IMG/VR virus record: IMGVR_UViG_3300029812_000326 | Location: 1 to 64,000 of that record | DNA from: a virus | Length of the DNA: 64,000 nucleotides | Strand: one strand, 5' to 3' | Shown: positions 19,462 through 29,674 of the stretch, piece after piece | Layout of the letters: each line of letters starts with the position of its first letter | Position numbering within the stretch: the stretch's first letter is position 1 | Program-made: the position numbers and the translations under genes | The notes under the pieces: generated by a model | Seen by the model: only the letters and a program-made list of their open reading frames with translations | The model's database searches: none | What the model was told of the DNA's origin: nothing

Positions 19462-20322
19462 ATGACCGATGTTCTATCTACTTCTCCAAGCGCGGGTACA
19501 ATAAATGTTCCATTAACTCAGATCGTCGAAATAAAATTTGACGAACCTATGGATCCGTCAACTATAAATGAGTTGACAATCTTATTATATTATGGAAACA
19601 ATTTAATTGTTCCTGGCATAGTCAAATACGCAAGTTCTACTAAAATTGCATATTTGACGCCATCAACATATTTACTTCCTAGTGTTGAATATGGCGTGAT
19701 GGTAATTGGAGACTTTGGGGGTTTAGGTTCTGGCGTCAGATCAGTGGAAGGAATTGGATTGGCTTCCAATTATTTATTTTCATTCACCACTGCTCCTGAA
19801 TTGCCGGAAACATCGGGTTTGTATGTAGCAAATGTTGAATATTGGATTGATACAAGTGGTACATATGGTACAGGATCAGCTTGTAATCCGACTGATGGTT
19901 CATATGATTCTGATTGGGAAAATTTTTATGCAAATATTGATATTTCCTTATTAACTGTTGGCGAACATCAAATTTATATTCATGGACAAGATTCATTCGT
20001 TAATTGGGGGATAATGCAATCAATCCCATTTACTGTGACATCCGGAAGTTATCAGAGTAGTTATACCAAAACAGATTATGATCCCAATTATGAAGGTCCA
20101 TTTGTATTTGGATTGACTGTAACGCCAACTCCTACGGCCGGTGCGCCGACGATTAATCTTGTTGGAACCGCAACCACAAGGACAGCCTATTGGGAACCCC
20201 CGGCGGAGCCAGAAATCGAACGAACTGGATATTTACAAGTAGAGTCCGTAAATCCTGAAGAATATGACAGCCAGATTTCCCCATATGTTCCTATAACTAT
20301 TATATTCAACGATAATTTATGA
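19462..20322 (+). CDS. Ig-like (Big_5/SbsA-type) virion protein
   Basis: SPSAGTINVP..IKFDEPMD..LTPS..FSFTT complete Ig domain; ends with the first half of a second Ig domain. Confidence 0.75.
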   Translation: MTDVLSTSPSAGTINVPLTQIVEIKFDEPMDPSTINELTILLYYGNNLIVPGIVKYASSTKIAYLTPSTYLLPSVEYGVMVIGDFGGLGSGVRSVEGIGLASNYLFSFTTAPELPETSGLYVANVEYWIDTSGTYGTGSACNPTDGSYDSDWENFYANIDISLLTVGEHQIYIHGQDSFVNWGIMQSIPFTVTSGSYQSSYTKTDYDPNYEGPFVFGLTVTPTPTAGAPTINLVGTATTRTAYWEPPAEPEIERTGYLQVESVNPEEYDSQISPYVPITIIFNDNL

Positions 20323-20408
20323 TAAAATGGTCTTGAAAATGTAAATATTGCCAGCAGTGTGGAATATGCTATCGGAAAAAATATTATGTTGAAAATGGAA
20401 CAAGATAA
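20319..20408 (+). pseudogene. HNH N-terminal stub
   Basis: MIKWS*KCKYCQQCG resembles MKKWSKKYDCCQKCG of 62743. Confidence 0.55.
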
Positions 20409-20781
20409 TTCAGAAATTCGTTTAGTAATTGAAAAAATTAATGATCTTCGTGAATTTCAAATTCAAAATAAAGAAGATTTAAAAAGTAAAATAGATGATC
20501 TAAAAGATTTTTATGATGCAAAAACTGATCAACTTAAAGAATTTTACACAGAGTCCCGGCTCAATATGCGGGGAGACATCGAGGAAATAAAACAAAGTAA
20601 TAAAGACGTGTCGGAAAAGCTGGATCTGTATGTAACAAATCATCAGTTGCATCACAATAAAATCTTAAAATGGCAAACCAAAATAATAATAATTATTGCT
20701 GTGATTGGATTTTTGGCTTCTATAGGGAACCCCTACGTATTGCCAATAGTTATGAGACTTATTTTTGGGATAATAATATAA
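20359..20781 (+). CDS. Coiled-coil protein with C-terminal TM helix (holin/XhlA-like)
   Basis: Coiled coil then KWQTKIIIIIAVIGFLASI; true start may be downstream (about 20395). Confidence 0.5.
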   Translation: MEYAIGKNIMLKMEQDNSEIRLVIEKINDLREFQIQNKEDLKSKIDDLKDFYDAKTDQLKEFYTESRLNMRGDIEEIKQSNKDVSEKLDLYVTNHQLHHNKILKWQTKIIIIIAVIGFLASIGNPYVLPIVMRLIFGIII

Positions 20782-20804
20782 TGCCAAGTCAGATAGTATA
20801 AGTC

Positions 20805-21560
20805 ATGGAATACGAAGAATTTATCAAAATTAGGCAGTATTCAGTTCTAACGGGAATTTATGAAGCAGATGTTTCAGGAACATTTGCTCTCGTTGATAAT
20901 ATTGTTACATTTACGCCGGTTTGCCCTTGGTCATATAATAAGGAAGTCCATATTATTGTTGATGCGGGCTTGGAAGGCGCGAATACGAATGCATTGCAAT
21001 CTGATTATGAAAGTATTTTTACTACTGTATTTTATCCGATGTATTCCAGCGCTTTACTTGTGAAAATGACTGGCGGTGCATTATTGGATTCTATGAAAGA
21101 GGATCCGATTAATAGATTGATACTTGAGCATTCAATCATAATGCAGAATTTATGGTATGAAACCATTGATGATTGTGATATTCCATGGTTTATCACTCGC
21201 TATGTTACTTGTAAAGTCGCGTACGAAATATTATCAGGAAATATTCAGCATTACATCGGAACTGCAATATCAAAACGGTTAGGAGATTTTGAAATTGAAG
21301 GAATTCGAGATGTACCGGGTCTTGTCAGACCCAAATTACAAGAATTAGATGCTTGTATTGCTTCAACTATGGGTCTTATTTTAAATCAAGGTAAATTGCA
21401 TGCTTCTCCTCAATGGAGCGCCAGGGCAAAACAAGCTCTTGAATCATGCGCACATCTTAATAGAGTTCCATTTAGAAAACCAAGTACGAAGGATATGAAA
21501 GATATTAGTTCAGAAAAATATTACACAGACGGAGCAGGTCCTAAGCGCCTGCGATTTTAA
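20805..21560 (+). CDS. Head completion/neck protein with N-terminal half-Ig domain
   Basis: DVSGTF..VTFTP..FTT half-Ig; YVTCKVAY..SKRLGDFEI adaptor-like motif. Confidence 0.55.
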   Translation: MEYEEFIKIRQYSVLTGIYEADVSGTFALVDNIVTFTPVCPWSYNKEVHIIVDAGLEGANTNALQSDYESIFTTVFYPMYSSALLVKMTGGALLDSMKEDPINRLILEHSIIMQNLWYETIDDCDIPWFITRYVTCKVAYEILSGNIQHYIGTAISKRLGDFEIEGIRDVPGLVRPKLQELDACIASTMGLILNQGKLHASPQWSARAKQALESCAHLNRVPFRKPSTKDMKDISSEKYYTDGAGPKRLRF

Positions 21561-21566
21561 AATAAA

Positions 21567-22484
21567 ATGTCAATAACCCCGCGCAGAAATATAGATGAAC
21601 ATCCTGGTCCATGGATCAGGTATGAAACCGTGATGGGGCCGGAAGGTCCCATAGGTCTGACAGGTGCGACTGGACCGAAAGGTTCTCAAGGAGATCCGGG
21701 TATTTCAGGCGAACCTGGAAACCAAGGTTTGCAAGGCTTACAAGGTGATATTGGACCACAAGGTCCCCAAGGCGATCCCGGCATATCTGGAGAACCTGGA
21801 GAACAGGGCGATCCTGGTCCGCAAGGCGACCCAGGAATTAGTGGAGAGCCCGGCCAACAAGGCGATTCGGGTCCACAAGGAAATCCTGGAATCAGTGGCG
21901 AGCCTGGTCAGCAAGGTCCATCTGGAGAATGTGATTGTTATGACACGCTGGACGATGTGTGCAAAAGATGTGCTGATACCGATGTGGATGTTCATTTCTC
22001 GGGAAATATTGATGTCGATGGCACAATCTTTTCCGACTATCTTTTCTTGGATCCTAGCGGCACGATATTTGCAACATTCCATACTCCAGGCGATAAATAT
22101 TGGGATATAACAACCGCATCAAATCATTTATATTTCCATTATAGAGAAAGTGCCCGCGATGTATTAGAAATAAATCATTATGGTGATGTCAAGGCTGCTG
22201 GCGATATTTATATCAATGAAGAGCATTCAAATGCGGATGCAATGTTGGCTTTTGGAAAATCGACTTCTGGATTTGAATGGTTAAAATGGGCCGAGGATGA
22301 AGAATGGTTTTATTTTACAGATGACCTTCATGTAGATGGCGAGATATCCGGTAGTTATTTCGTAGTTGGTGATCTTACACTTCCTGGTAGTCCCGTTGAA
22401 GGGACAATTGCATATGACAGCGCATCGGGCGAATTTTTCGGGTTCAATGGTAATGTGTGGTTGCTTTTAAGTTGGAGAGATTAA
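21567..22484 (+). CDS. Collagen-like fibre/whisker protein
   Basis: Continuous Gly-X-Y run followed by CDC..C..C and a beta-rich C-terminus. Confidence 0.85.
   Translation: MSITPRRNIDEHPGPWIRYETVMGPEGPIGLTGATGPKGSQGDPGISGEPGNQGLQGLQGDIGPQGPQGDPGISGEPGEQGDPGPQGDPGISGEPGQQGDSGPQGNPGISGEPGQQGPSGECDCYDTLDDVCKRCADTDVDVHFSGNIDVDGTIFSDYLFLDPSGTIFATFHTPGDKYWDITTASNHLYFHYRESARDVLEINHYGDVKAAGDIYINEEHSNADAMLAFGKSTSGFEWLKWAEDEEWFYFTDDLHVDGEISGSYFVVGDLTLPGSPVEGTIAYDSASGEFFGFNGNVWLLLSWRD
21636..21929 (+). repeat. Collagen G-X-Y tandem repeat
   Basis: Unit G(P/S)QG(D/N)PGISGEPG occurs four times with synonymous divergence. Confidence 0.85.
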
Positions 22485-22485
22485 A

Positions 22486-22992
22486 ATGAGATATAGTTCA
22501 CAATATAAACCATATAAACAATTCAAAGCAGGATTAATCAATCTACGTGCAGAATTGAAAAAACTTTTTGAAATCGACAAAACCGCGCATTGGGTAATTT
22601 TAAGACAGTTTGATAAGACCAAGAAAACTGAACATTGGAATCAATTAACTCAAGAAACTGTCGGAGGTCCTGCTTGGGAATATAATGATTCTCTCGTATT
22701 GGCAAGAAGATCTTCTGGCCGACAAATTTTTTTTCCGGGGAGTCAAGAAAGATTTACCCCGATAGGTCTAATGGATGATACAGGATATAGATTTTATCTG
22801 ACTGCTGATATTACACCACATTTGGATGATATAATTTATGAAATAGAATATCAAGGGAATAAAAAACCGACCGCCATTGATCTACCTTTTGTAGCTAAAT
22901 GGAATATTACATCTATAGTACCGATGCGTGAGCAATCCTATGGTCGTATCGAATATTGGATTTGTTTCGTGTCATCGGAGATGCATAAATAA
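22486..22992 (+). CDS. Putative head-tail joining protein
   Basis: Position in the neck region; PHLDDIIYEI..REQSYGRIEYW. Confidence 0.5.
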   Translation: MRYSSQYKPYKQFKAGLINLRAELKKLFEIDKTAHWVILRQFDKTKKTEHWNQLTQETVGGPAWEYNDSLVLARRSSGRQIFFPGSQERFTPIGLMDDTGYRFYLTADITPHLDDIIYEIEYQGNKKPTAIDLPFVAKWNITSIVPMREQSYGRIEYWICFVSSEMHK

Positions 22993-23044
22993 TGTTTAAC
23001 CATTATGCAAAAATTGTAATTATTCAAAAAAAGGACTTTATCCT
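22985..23044 (+). pseudogene. HNH C-terminal stub
   Basis: INNV*PLCKNCNYSK versus INNVQPLCMHCNSIK of 62743. Confidence 0.65.
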
Positions 23045-23737
23045 ATGAGCTATAAAGAATATTTATATAATTTTTTAGTAAAACCTATATTATCAGATGA
23101 TGCTCTTACCACAATACAAGCTGCAAATATTATCGATCCGGAACGTTTGCGACTTGGTCAAAGTGGTGGTATTCATGATTTTTTTGCGATTTTTTATTCC
23201 ATTATGAAATTGGATTCTCCAATTATTGTGACGTGCCCAGCTTATCCAGACGCGATCATACAGAATAAAAATTTTAATCCAACATTGGATAATCCTATTC
23301 CAAAAATACCTGCAATGGTCACTTGGAAAGTTGTTAGAAGGGCTCCTGCTGCGATCCGGGGGAAGCCATTCAATTCACAGCGACAAGTGAAACCGAGAGT
23401 GATGGAAGAAGTTGCAAAAAATGAAAGATATTCTTATACGTCAACTATAGTTCAAGATTTTGATAATATTGTGCAACTTGATTGCTGGGAAAAAACTCAT
23501 TATCAAGCTGAACTTCTAGCTGATTATATTGAACATAACATGGTTATTTATGCTTCATTATTCAAAGAATTTGGAGTTAAAGAAATGTTTTTCAATGAAA
23601 GGCCAGAAGACGAAATTTTAAGAGATTTTAAAATTCCAGTAATCCCGATGCGCTATTATGTAAAAACTGAAACAATATATAAATTAGAGAGACATAAAAT
23701 AGAAGAAATAAGATTAAAATTAACTACGAAATCGTAA
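23045..23737 (+). CDS. Putative tail terminator/neck protein
   Basis: Immediately upstream of sheath; QDFDNIVQLDCWEKT..AELLAD. Confidence 0.5.
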   Translation: MSYKEYLYNFLVKPILSDDALTTIQAANIIDPERLRLGQSGGIHDFFAIFYSIMKLDSPIIVTCPAYPDAIIQNKNFNPTLDNPIPKIPAMVTWKVVRRAPAAIRGKPFNSQRQVKPRVMEEVAKNERYSYTSTIVQDFDNIVQLDCWEKTHYQAELLADYIEHNMVIYASLFKEFGVKEMFFNERPEDEILRDFKIPVIPMRYYVKTETIYKLERHKIEEIRLKLTTKS

Positions 23738-23753
23738 TGAGGAGGTTTGATTA

Positions 23754-26471
23754 ATGCCTTTTAACGATAGCTCGCTGAATCGAATAGGTTCAAATTTGAT
23801 TGATTTCAATCTTCGAGTTACTGCTCAGGCCGATATTGGAAAGAGTTTGCTTATTATTGGAACTGCTAGCGATGGTCCTATTAATGTTCCAATTAGAGTA
23901 ACTGAAATAGGCGGATTGGGCGCTGCAGCTGATGTATTTGGCGATGTTAGCAAAGGTTCTCTTTTGCACACAGCCATGGAAGCTAATCGTGCAAACCGGC
24001 GGGCAAAAGATATTCGTCTCATGAGAATTAGTAATGGCGATCAAGCGGTATTATGTTTCAAAGAAGTTACTATTTCTGGTGAATATGGAATATCTCCTCC
24101 AGCGAAAAGTGTTGACGAAGAATCTTATTATTGCACATCAACTCCAGCAGTTCAAATGGCAGATGTGCTATGTTTGACCGCAAGATATCCGGGTCAAATC
24201 TATAATCAGGTTTCTGTTAGAGCAGAAACTGGTGATGGCGATTTTCATCCGGCATCTCAATATGTTGTGATTTATAATCCGAAAACTGCAAAAGAATCGT
24301 GGTTTTCTTATAATTACACAGATTTTGATGCAAATGTAGATTGCCACACTGTTGAGGATTTGGCCGATGCTATTAATGCTGATTCGAATTTGAACAGTAT
24401 AATTACAGCAACAGTTAAAGATTTGAGAGCAATTTTCGATCTCACTGTTTCTGATCCAAACGATCCGGCAAATACCAGATGTGACGTTGGGATCTCATAT
24501 GATAGCAATGGCTATTTGAAAATCAAACTTAGCGATATAACTCCAATGTTTTATAATGACAATGCAAATTGTTGCATTGAAACTATTACTACTACTGGTG
24601 GAACATGTAATGTGCCCACAGCCGGCGATTTGATTGTGCAATTTAATGAGCTTTATGAGATTCGCGAATATAAGGAATCAAATGAAAAACTCAAAGGATC
24701 AACTAATTGCATTCTTGATCATATTCCTGTAAAAGGTGTCAGTTCAATTCCAACAACCACTCTGATCAAATATCGGAGTTTCACCGACAATGAATATGAA
24801 ACACCGCAAATAGTGTTGCATTATAGAGGAATAGTTATAGCAACTATAACTGATACAGGAACTTTGGCTTTTGAATTTGCATCTGAAATTTGTCCGGACG
24901 ATGGTTATGCAGATAATCTCTACTGTGGTGTTACAGATAGCATGTATATGATAAATTATGCTGCTATTGGCGCCAATCGTTCCAATGTTCAACTGGATAA
25001 TCTCCAAACTACGTTCCATTTATATGGAACAAAAAGTAGTTTGAGATATGAAATCCCATCTGAAAATTATAGATGTGAATATGACCCTGGAACTGAGATA
25101 GTTACAGTGAGTTTCTGTTCCGGAGAATATTTGCCTGCCATTGGGACCATACTAAGCTGCGATTATGATTCTTGTATTGATGATTTATCGTCAGAAGCTG
25201 GTACTTTGACCGGTTGTTTGAGTAGCAACGATTGGCATACATGGTTTGTGAGTGGAAAGACATTGACATTCGGCAAATCTCTTCCTGGAAATGCATCTTT
25301 TAGATACAGATACAAAAATAAATTGGAAGAAGGGGCCGATTTTGTCGTCACAAGTTCGATTGGAAGGAAGAACGATGTCATTCAATTCACAAGTCTTGAA
25401 ACTCAACCTGATTTAAGTGGATCGATGGATACCTCTGGCACATTGCTTGGATTTGATTATATTTACCTTCCAGAATGGGTAAATATTGGTGCAGTTGAAA
25501 CGCTTACCGGAGGAACAAATGGGATTGATATGAATAACTTTGAAAAATATGAAGTTTTGAATGAAGGTCTTAAAGTTATTCAAGATTATCCAACATCATA
25601 TATAGTTTTGGCTGGAATATATTTTGATGACATCAAAATAGTATATGATCCGGAAACCGGCACGCCATTAGAAACTAATGCAGGATTCCATACGTTGCTT
25701 CATAATCATCTTGTGCAATTAACTGGATCAACTAGTGAAACTATAGGAATCATATCAGTTAAGCCCGCTGATGGAAATACTCCAGCAGATATCAAAGCTT
25801 GGGTCGAAAAACTTGTAGTAACAGATGCTAGCGATCCGAACCGGGCAGCAAATATTTTATCAAGTTTCGGAAGCAAATATATGGACGTCGTTGCTGGAGA
25901 ATTGATTTTTTCCAACGAGGCTGCATATATTCCTTATGCGAATACTCCTGAAGGTTTATATGGAGGTTTACTTTCTGCATTACCCATAAATACATCTCCG
26001 AGTAACAAAACTGTGCATGGGGTAACAAACATAAGATATTTAATGTCCGGCGGAGAAAATGGCCAATTGGATCGATTGACAAAAGCCAGGCTTGTAACAT
26101 TTAGGCAAAAACAAGATGGTGATATTGCAATCGTTTCTGGAATTACTATTGCACCAGCTGGAAGTGATTATCAACGAGAAATGACCAGAAACACTGTATT
26201 TGAATCAATGGCATTGATCCGTGCAGTTTGTGAACCATTCTTAGGTGAAGGCAACAGTCCACAAATTCGAGCTGCTATGGAAACCGCCATTAATTCAGCA
26301 CTTCAAAAGTTGGTTGAAATGAATCCTCCAGCTCTTCGAGAATATGATTTTACTATAAGATCTACCGCTGCTGATCAAGTATTAGGAATTGTAAATATTG
26401 ATCTCGTGCTCGTGCCAGTATTCGAACTCAGAGAGATTCGCGTAACTGTAAAGTTGCGGACTGAATTATAA
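23754..26471 (+). CDS. Contractile tail sheath protein
   Basis: LIIGTASDGPINVP, LTARYPG, LTGGTNG, C-terminal LGIVNIDLVLVPVFELREIRV; GGAGG RBS. Confidence 0.9.
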   Translation: MPFNDSSLNRIGSNLIDFNLRVTAQADIGKSLLIIGTASDGPINVPIRVTEIGGLGAAADVFGDVSKGSLLHTAMEANRANRRAKDIRLMRISNGDQAVLCFKEVTISGEYGISPPAKSVDEESYYCTSTPAVQMADVLCLTARYPGQIYNQVSVRAETGDGDFHPASQYVVIYNPKTAKESWFSYNYTDFDANVDCHTVEDLADAINADSNLNSIITATVKDLRAIFDLTVSDPNDPANTRCDVGISYDSNGYLKIKLSDITPMFYNDNANCCIETITTTGGTCNVPTAGDLIVQFNELYEIREYKESNEKLKGSTNCILDHIPVKGVSSIPTTTLIKYRSFTDNEYETPQIVLHYRGIVIATITDTGTLAFEFASEICPDDGYADNLYCGVTDSMYMINYAAIGANRSNVQLDNLQTTFHLYGTKSSLRYEIPSENYRCEYDPGTEIVTVSFCSGEYLPAIGTILSCDYDSCIDDLSSEAGTLTGCLSSNDWHTWFVSGKTLTFGKSLPGNASFRYRYKNKLEEGADFVVTSSIGRKNDVIQFTSLETQPDLSGSMDTSGTLLGFDYIYLPEWVNIGAVETLTGGTNGIDMNNFEKYEVLNEGLKVIQDYPTSYIVLAGIYFDDIKIVYDPETGTPLETNAGFHTLLHNHLVQLTGSTSETIGIISVKPADGNTPADIKAWVEKLVVTDASDPNRAANILSSFGSKYMDVVAGELIFSNEAAYIPYANTPEGLYGGLLSALPINTSPSNKTVHGVTNIRYLMSGGENGQLDRLTKARLVTFRQKQDGDIAIVSGITIAPAGSDYQREMTRNTVFESMALIRAVCEPFLGEGNSPQIRAAMETAINSALQKLVEMNPPALREYDFTIRSTAADQVLGIVNIDLVLVPVFELREIRVTVKLRTEL

Positions 26472-26492
26472 TTCAAAGGAGGTTAATAAATT

Positions 26493-27152
26493 ATGCCAAA
26501 CGGAATTGGATTAGAAACTAGTTCAGTAACACGCACATATACGACTTTTACGGGCGCGGATCTTAAAGCAGTCTTCCATAATATTGTAATTGCTGAACTC
26601 ATTGGTATTTCCTATACTATTACTAGGGAAATTGCGCCGATTTATACCTGCGGCAATCCAGATCCTAGAAGTTTCAGTAAAGGTAAAAGAGGTATTGCCG
26701 GCACTATGGTAATGCATAATTTCGACAGACATGCCCTTAGACGCGTCATGGATAAAGCTACATATGTAGCAAAAAATGACGATTATCAAAGTGTGGGTTG
26801 GAAACCAATAGATGAGATTAGCGGAGTTGCTAATGAAGGAAGATTGGGAGTCAGGCTTGCAAACCCAATATATGTTGATCAGATTCCGCCATTTGATATC
26901 ACTATAACATATGTAAATGAAATGGGACAAATGGCAACTGAAAGACTGTTGGGTGTGCAAATTTTGAATGAAGGTCATGGAATTTCTATTGATGATTTGA
27001 CAAATGAAACCAATATGACCTTTGTATGTAGACACATTCAAGGTATGATTCCAGCAGAAACCGTTAGCCCGTCAACTCAAGATTTGGAAAGACCTAACTA
27101 TTCACCGTGGAAGAATTTAGGCACATCTGCATTTACAGGTCCTGGTGAATAA
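26493..27152 (+). CDS. Tail tube protein
   Basis: Follows sheath with strong RBS; TFTGAD..ISY..RE.AP..GKRGIAG..DQIPPFDITI. Confidence 0.75.
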   Translation: MPNGIGLETSSVTRTYTTFTGADLKAVFHNIVIAELIGISYTITREIAPIYTCGNPDPRSFSKGKRGIAGTMVMHNFDRHALRRVMDKATYVAKNDDYQSVGWKPIDEISGVANEGRLGVRLANPIYVDQIPPFDITITYVNEMGQMATERLLGVQILNEGHGISIDDLTNETNMTFVCRHIQGMIPAETVSPSTQDLERPNYSPWKNLGTSAFTGPGE

Positions 27153-27162
27153 AATATTTTAG

Positions 27163-27230
27163 GGAGGATTTTGATATTCCTCCAGCCAAAAGCCGTGGGG
27201 GAGTTATTCCCCATAGCTCTCCTACGGCTT
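27163..27230 (+). other. Tandem RNA hairpins after the tube gene
   Basis: GGAGGA/TCCTCC stem (27163-27183) and an 18-bp stem AAGCCGTGGGGGAGTTAT/ATAGCTCTCCTACGGCTT (27190-27230, three G-U pairs). Confidence 0.7.
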
Positions 27231-28116
27231 GAAAATTATGAAAATACCACGAAGACAATATGGAAAGGTGGGGAATCTGAATCCCACAGCATATGAATTC
27301 CCCCAATCTATAACTACATTTACTGGTGCAGACATTATAGCTGTCGCTTATATTCATGACCAATTAAAAGTATTAGGCGAACTGCAAACGATTTCGTATT
27401 CAATTCATCGCGAAAAAAGTGCTGTTATGCTATTAGGAAGAGTAAATCCTCCATGTTTTACTAGAGGGCCTCGATCTATGGCTGGATCTTTGATTTTTAC
27501 AGTTTTTGACCGAGAAGTGTTGGAGGAACTTATTAATACGTACCCAGATGATACGGTCGATAATAATTTTAGTACGATTTTATTGGATCAAATTCCCCCA
27601 TTTGATATAACAATTTCATTTATGAATGAAGATGGATATTTATCTTCAATGGTTATTTATGGAGTTGAAATTGTTGATGATGGGCAAGTTATGTCGATTA
27701 ATGATATGATCATAGAAAATGTTAAATCATATAAAGCTCGTGGCATCGATTTGATGTATAAAAAATCTGGCGGCGTCTGGACCCCAGCCAAAAAATTTAG
27801 TCCATCCGCTCGATTTGAATCCTTAAATCCAATGAAAGTTAGGAATATTAAAGGAGATTATGAAAAATATATTAATGAATTACAAGGCCAAATTGATGAT
27901 TTATATGCACAAACGGTGATATTTAATTCTGAAAACATTAAATTTGAACTTATAAATGGAAACCAGAATGAAATTGATGCGAATAAATTAAAAATTGTAA
28001 AATTGGAAGCTCAAATTAAGGATTTGGAAAAAGAAAAAAGATCTATGGAAATTAGACTTGGAATTGAAGAAAGACGGAAAGATTTGGGATTATTAGGAAC
28101 TGGTTGGCATCCATAA
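27229..28116 (+). CDS. Tail tube paralogue (tube initiator-like) with C-terminal coiled coil
   Basis: TFTGAD..ISYS..RE..RGPRSMAG..DQIPPFDITI shared with 26493; likely start ATG 27238. Confidence 0.7.
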   Translation: MKIMKIPRRQYGKVGNLNPTAYEFPQSITTFTGADIIAVAYIHDQLKVLGELQTISYSIHREKSAVMLLGRVNPPCFTRGPRSMAGSLIFTVFDREVLEELINTYPDDTVDNNFSTILLDQIPPFDITISFMNEDGYLSSMVIYGVEIVDDGQVMSINDMIIENVKSYKARGIDLMYKKSGGVWTPAKKFSPSARFESLNPMKVRNIKGDYEKYINELQGQIDDLYAQTVIFNSENIKFELINGNQNEIDANKLKIVKLEAQIKDLEKEKRSMEIRLGIEERRKDLGLLGTGWHP

Positions 28117-28200
28117 ATTCTTAACTTATTCATGTTCAACAGTTTATTAGGCGGATATCAAATTTTGATTTCCGTCATTTTTGTAGGGAAAATTGAAGAT

Positions 28201-28212
28201 TTGAACTATAAC
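28201..28212 (+). promoter_or_regulatory. Motif TTGAACTATAAC, copy 3
   Basis: Exact 12-mer, intergenic, directly before an HNH stub. Confidence 0.55.
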
Positions 28213-28221
28213 ATATGCAGG

Positions 28222-28311
28222 TCAAAAGGTGGAATTCATTCTATTGTAAATGTTCGGCCTTTGTGTAAATCTTGTAATTCGAAAAAAAGTAGTAAAATAT
28301 CATTTTGGTAG
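28222..28311 (+). pseudogene. HNH C-terminal stub
   Basis: SKGGIHSIVNVRPLCKSCNSKK versus SKGGIHHINNVQPLCMHCNSIK of 62743. Confidence 0.75.
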
Positions 28312-28327
28312 AAAAAAGATAAAAATC

Positions 28328-29674
28328 ATGAATAAATTTCGTAGTGCAGAAAAATTGTCATCTGTTGATATAACTTCAGAAAGAAAATTTGACCTCAGTC
28401 AGATTCAATTGAAACAGCTACGCAAATTGAGGGAGTATTATACTGAATTTTATTCTGGGCAACAAGTAAGAGCATATATTAATGATGTCCTTCTTGATCT
28501 GGTTGCTATTGGATGGAATGCCACCCAGAATAAAATGCCGGTATATGGATTTGCATCGCAGCTTTTTGATGCAGTTGCAGAAGGGACATTTATTGTTAAT
28601 GGAGAATTCACTTTAGCATTTAAAGATATTGCGACGATGCATTTCATTAATCAACATATTAGAGGTCAAGAATATGATGCAGAAATTTATGCTGCGAATA
28701 TTAAAAAATTGAGAACGCTTCCCAGCGCTTCTGTTTTATACGAAATGGGTCCAGGTTCTGTTGGACTTACACCTATTGTTGGTAAAATTCAAGAACTTAC
28801 GATAGATGAAGAAGGAAATGTTGTTCCGGATGGAACCAAAGGCAAAATATACGTATCAAAAAATAGAATAGAAGATTTATTTGGAGGACCAGATAATTTT
28901 GATGATTTATGTGATGCTCTGGAAGATTCAATCTGGGGAATCGGAGATTACTATAAAAATAAATATAGAAGAGCCGATGAGATTGATAAAGAGCGAAAAT
29001 ATGATTCGTATGGAATAGGTTATGACACGGCAGGAAAAGGATTTAATTTATTGATTACATATGGCAATCCAAATAATTCCGAATCCGAACATTCATTAAA
29101 AGTGCTAAATGATGTGCATATTCTTGGCAGTGCGCAATCTATAGATCCAAATGCTGGGTTTATTATTGAAACATTTTCATTTTTTGCAAGAAATATGGAT
29201 CAGCCTATGTCCAATTATAAGGGATTTGATAAACCCAATATTCCTACAGACAAAATTGGAAGAGCTCCTGATGTTTCTAGATTTCCAATTTCTCTTACTT
29301 TATTTGATCATTGTAATAAAGAATTTTTTGAGGAAACCGCGCCTAACGTATTAGGAGTAAATATAACATTTATAATTCTTGCGATAAAAGATAAAATCCG
29401 AAAATTAAAGACCAAAGATAAGAATTCGAGATCCTATTTCGTAAAATCGGAAATATTAATTCCAAGTGATTGGGTCACGGATAATCCGAGAAATGAAATT
29501 AGAATTATTGAAAAGGGCCCCGTCGTTAGAAAGAATCTTCTTAATTATTTTGCTGGCAAAATACATGAAATTATCAAAAATGCCGCCGGCGTATCAGATG
29601 CTGCTTTTTCATTCGTTACTAACGCGTCTTCATCTCTTAAAGATGAATTTATCATTAATATTGCGATTGAATAA
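28328..29674 (+). CDS. Third, divergent tube-fold protein
   Basis: FYSGQQVRAYIND..QNKMPVYGFAS..IVNGEF; the ORF-track start at 28250 overlaps the HNH stub, so ATG 28328 is preferred. Confidence 0.55.
   Translation: MNKFRSAEKLSSVDITSERKFDLSQIQLKQLRKLREYYTEFYSGQQVRAYINDVLLDLVAIGWNATQNKMPVYGFASQLFDAVAEGTFIVNGEFTLAFKDIATMHFINQHIRGQEYDAEIYAANIKKLRTLPSASVLYEMGPGSVGLTPIVGKIQELTIDEEGNVVPDGTKGKIYVSKNRIEDLFGGPDNFDDLCDALEDSIWGIGDYYKNKYRRADEIDKERKYDSYGIGYDTAGKGFNLLITYGNPNNSESEHSLKVLNDVHILGSAQSIDPNAGFIIETFSFFARNMDQPMSNYKGFDKPNIPTDKIGRAPDVSRFPISLTLFDHCNKEFFEETAPNVLGVNITFIILAIKDKIRKLKTKDKNSRSYFVKSEILIPSDWVTDNPRNEIRIIEKGPVVRKNLLNYFAGKIHEIIKNAAGVSDAAFSFVTNASSSLKDEFIINIAIE

Noticed and set aside
21636-21929. 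Tandem repeats as a CRISPR array or DGR repeat
   Set aside because: In-frame collagen codons with synonymous variation; no unique spacers and no reverse transcriptase in the window
28250-28327. ORF-track start of the third tube-like gene
   Set aside because: This stretch is an out-of-frame HNH remnant; ATG 28328 is more plausible
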